IMG/VR virus record: IMGVR_UViG_3300043418_000114
Coordinates: 1 to 64,000 of that record
Length of the DNA stretch: 64,000 nucleotides
Reading direction: 5' to 3' (one strand)
Shown: positions 62,624 through 64,000 of the stretch, in pieces
Position numbering within the stretch: the first letter of the stretch is position 1
How the letters are laid out: the number at the start of each line of letters is the position of its first letter
Made by a program: the position numbers and the translations under genes
Notes under the pieces: generated by a model
Seen by the model: only the letters and a program-made list of their open reading frames with translations
The model's database searches: none
Told to the model about the DNA's origin: nothing

Positions 62624-64000
62624 GCAACAAATTGATTATAACAAACCAGAGATTCAAAAATTATTTTTAGAAATGATGCTATCTAACGCGGAATTATATA
62701 CCCGTGTTATGAACATCATGAACAGTGAAAACTTCGACAAGACCTTACGTCCTGTCGCAGAAATGTTCAAGTCTCATACTGACAAATATAACGTATTGCC
62801 TGATCCAGTGCAGATCAAAGCAATGACTGGCGTTGAAGTTAATCCAGTGCCTGGCATGAATGAAGGACACGACGAGTGGTTTCTTGATGCGTTTGAAGCA
62901 TTCACCAAGCGACAAGAATTAGAACGTGCGATCCTTAAAGCCGCTGATATGCTTGAGAAAGGTGACTATGATCCAGTTGAGAAACTAATCAAAGACGCAG
63001 TTCAAATCAGTCTACAGAAAGACATGGGTACCGATTATTTCGCTGACCCACAGGCTCGTATCAACAAATACTTTAACGCTGGTGGCCAAGTCTCTACCGG
63101 CTGGCCACAGATGGATAAGATTCTCTATGGTGGCATGTCACGTGGTGAATTGAATATCTTTGCAGGTGGCTCGGGTTCAGGTAAGTCACTGGTTATGATG
63201 AACTTAGCCCTAAACTGGTTAGGCGTAGGCATGAGCGGTGTGTATATCTCACTTGAATTGAGTGAAGAATTAACATCCCTGCGTACCGATGCGATGGCGA
63301 CAAGCATGGGCACTAAAGAGATTCGCAAGAATATCGACGATGCTCACTTGAAAGTCAAGATGCTTGCTAAGAAGTCTGGCCAGTATCGTGTTAAGGCGTT
63401 GCCTGCTCAATCGACAGTTAACGACATTCGTTCATACTTGAAAGAAGTTCAAATTCAAACTGGTATTCGTGTTGACTTTGTGATGGTCGACTACCTTGAC
63501 TTGGTGATGCCAGTATCTGTTAAAGTTAACCCTAACGATCAGTTTATCAAAGACAAGTATGTTGCGGAAGAATTGCGTAACTTGGCCAAAGAGATGGGAA
63601 TCTTGTTAGTCACTGCATCACAGTTGAACCGTAGTGCTGTTGATGAACTTGAGTTTGATCACAGTCACATTGCTGGTGGTATCTCAAAGATTAACACAGC
63701 GGATAACGTGTTTGGTATCTTTACTAACCGAAGTATGCGTGAACGTGGCAAATACCAGATACAATGTATGAAGTCTCGTAGTTCGACTGGTGTAGGTCAG
63801 AAGATTGACCTAGATTATAATATCGAAACTATGCGTATTACAGATGAAGATCCTGATGGATATGCTGACCAACAAGCAAAGTATAGACCAGCGTCAAGTC
63901 CTAATGATATAATGAGCAAATTCAAGACTCAATCTACTGTGACTGCCACTGAACCTATCATTGATCAGTCTACGGGTGAAATTTTAGAACCAGTTCAAAA
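62601..64000 (+). CDS. replicative DnaB-like helicase (gp41-like), runs off window end
   Basis: manual translation from TTG 62601: STGWPQMD, AGGSGSGKS, ISLELSE, VDYLDL, TASQLNR, DHSHIAGG. Confidence 0.92.
   Translation, partial: MANKTASKQQIDYNKPEIQKLFLEMMLSNAELYTRVMNIMNSENFDKTLRPVAEMFKSHTDKYNVLPDPVQIKAMTGVEVNPVPGMNEGHDEWFLDAFEAFTKRQELERAILKAADMLEKGDYDPVEKLIKDAVQISLQKDMGTDYFADPQARINKYFNAGGQVSTGWPQMDKILYGGMSRGELNIFAGGSGSGKSLVMMNLALNWLGVGMSGVYISLELSEELTSLRTDAMATSMGTKEIRKNIDDAHLKVKMLAKKSGQYRVKALPAQSTVNDIRSYLKEVQIQTGIRVDFVMVDYLDLVMPVSVKVNPNDQFIKDKYVAEELRNLAKEMGILLVTASQLNRSAVDELEFDHSHIAGGISKINTADNVFGIFTNRSMRERGKYQIQCMKSRSSTGVGQKIDLDYNIETMRITDEDPDGYADQQAKYRPASSPNDIMSKFKTQSTVTATEPIIDQSTGEILEPVQ

Noticed and set aside
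63125-63328. 67-aa minus-strand ORF at the window end
   Set aside because: Antisense to the helicase, which the ORF track omits only because it lacks a stop inside the window.
1-64000. Stop-codon reassignment as seen in some large phages
   Set aside because: Core genes translate full length under the standard code, and TAA, TGA and TAG all end genes at sensible positions.

Overview
A 64 kb segment of a large lytic dsDNA phage with T4-like core genes, read with the standard genetic code and with almost all genes on the + strand. A Gram-negative host is suggested by a spanin-like gene pair. Recognisable modules: MoxR AAA+ with a DUF2201/vWA partner; DHFR and thymidylate synthase separated by an inverted GIY-YIG homing endonuclease; sugar-modification enzymes; virion genes and terminase large subunit; gp32-like SSB, UvsX, UvsY, UvsW; rIIA/rIIB; an early counter-defence island (HD alarmone hydrolase, NMNAT-Nudix, macrodomain, RlmN-like methylase, deoxyribosyltransferase-like, NAMPT); a GREB1/TAGT-like glycosyltransferase; a DEDDh exonuclease; a 190-aa DnaE-like protein; primase; and a DnaB-like helicase cut by the window edge. 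Many near-consensus sigma70 promoters, TAAATA late promoters and UUCG-loop terminators are visible. The most unusual signals are (i) a translationally coupled array of about 29 short paralogues ending in F-x-F-x-x-E-x-D-x-x-x-F-x-L-R-W at 51.2-59.4 kb, (ii) a repeated leader RNA (G-AUAGA-C hairpin plus RBS-occluding hairpin) upstream of both NAD-salvage genes and one unknown gene, and (iii) a minimal C-family polymerase core. All calls come from reading the sequence by eye; no database searches were run. No tRNA, rRNA or CRISPR array was recognised.
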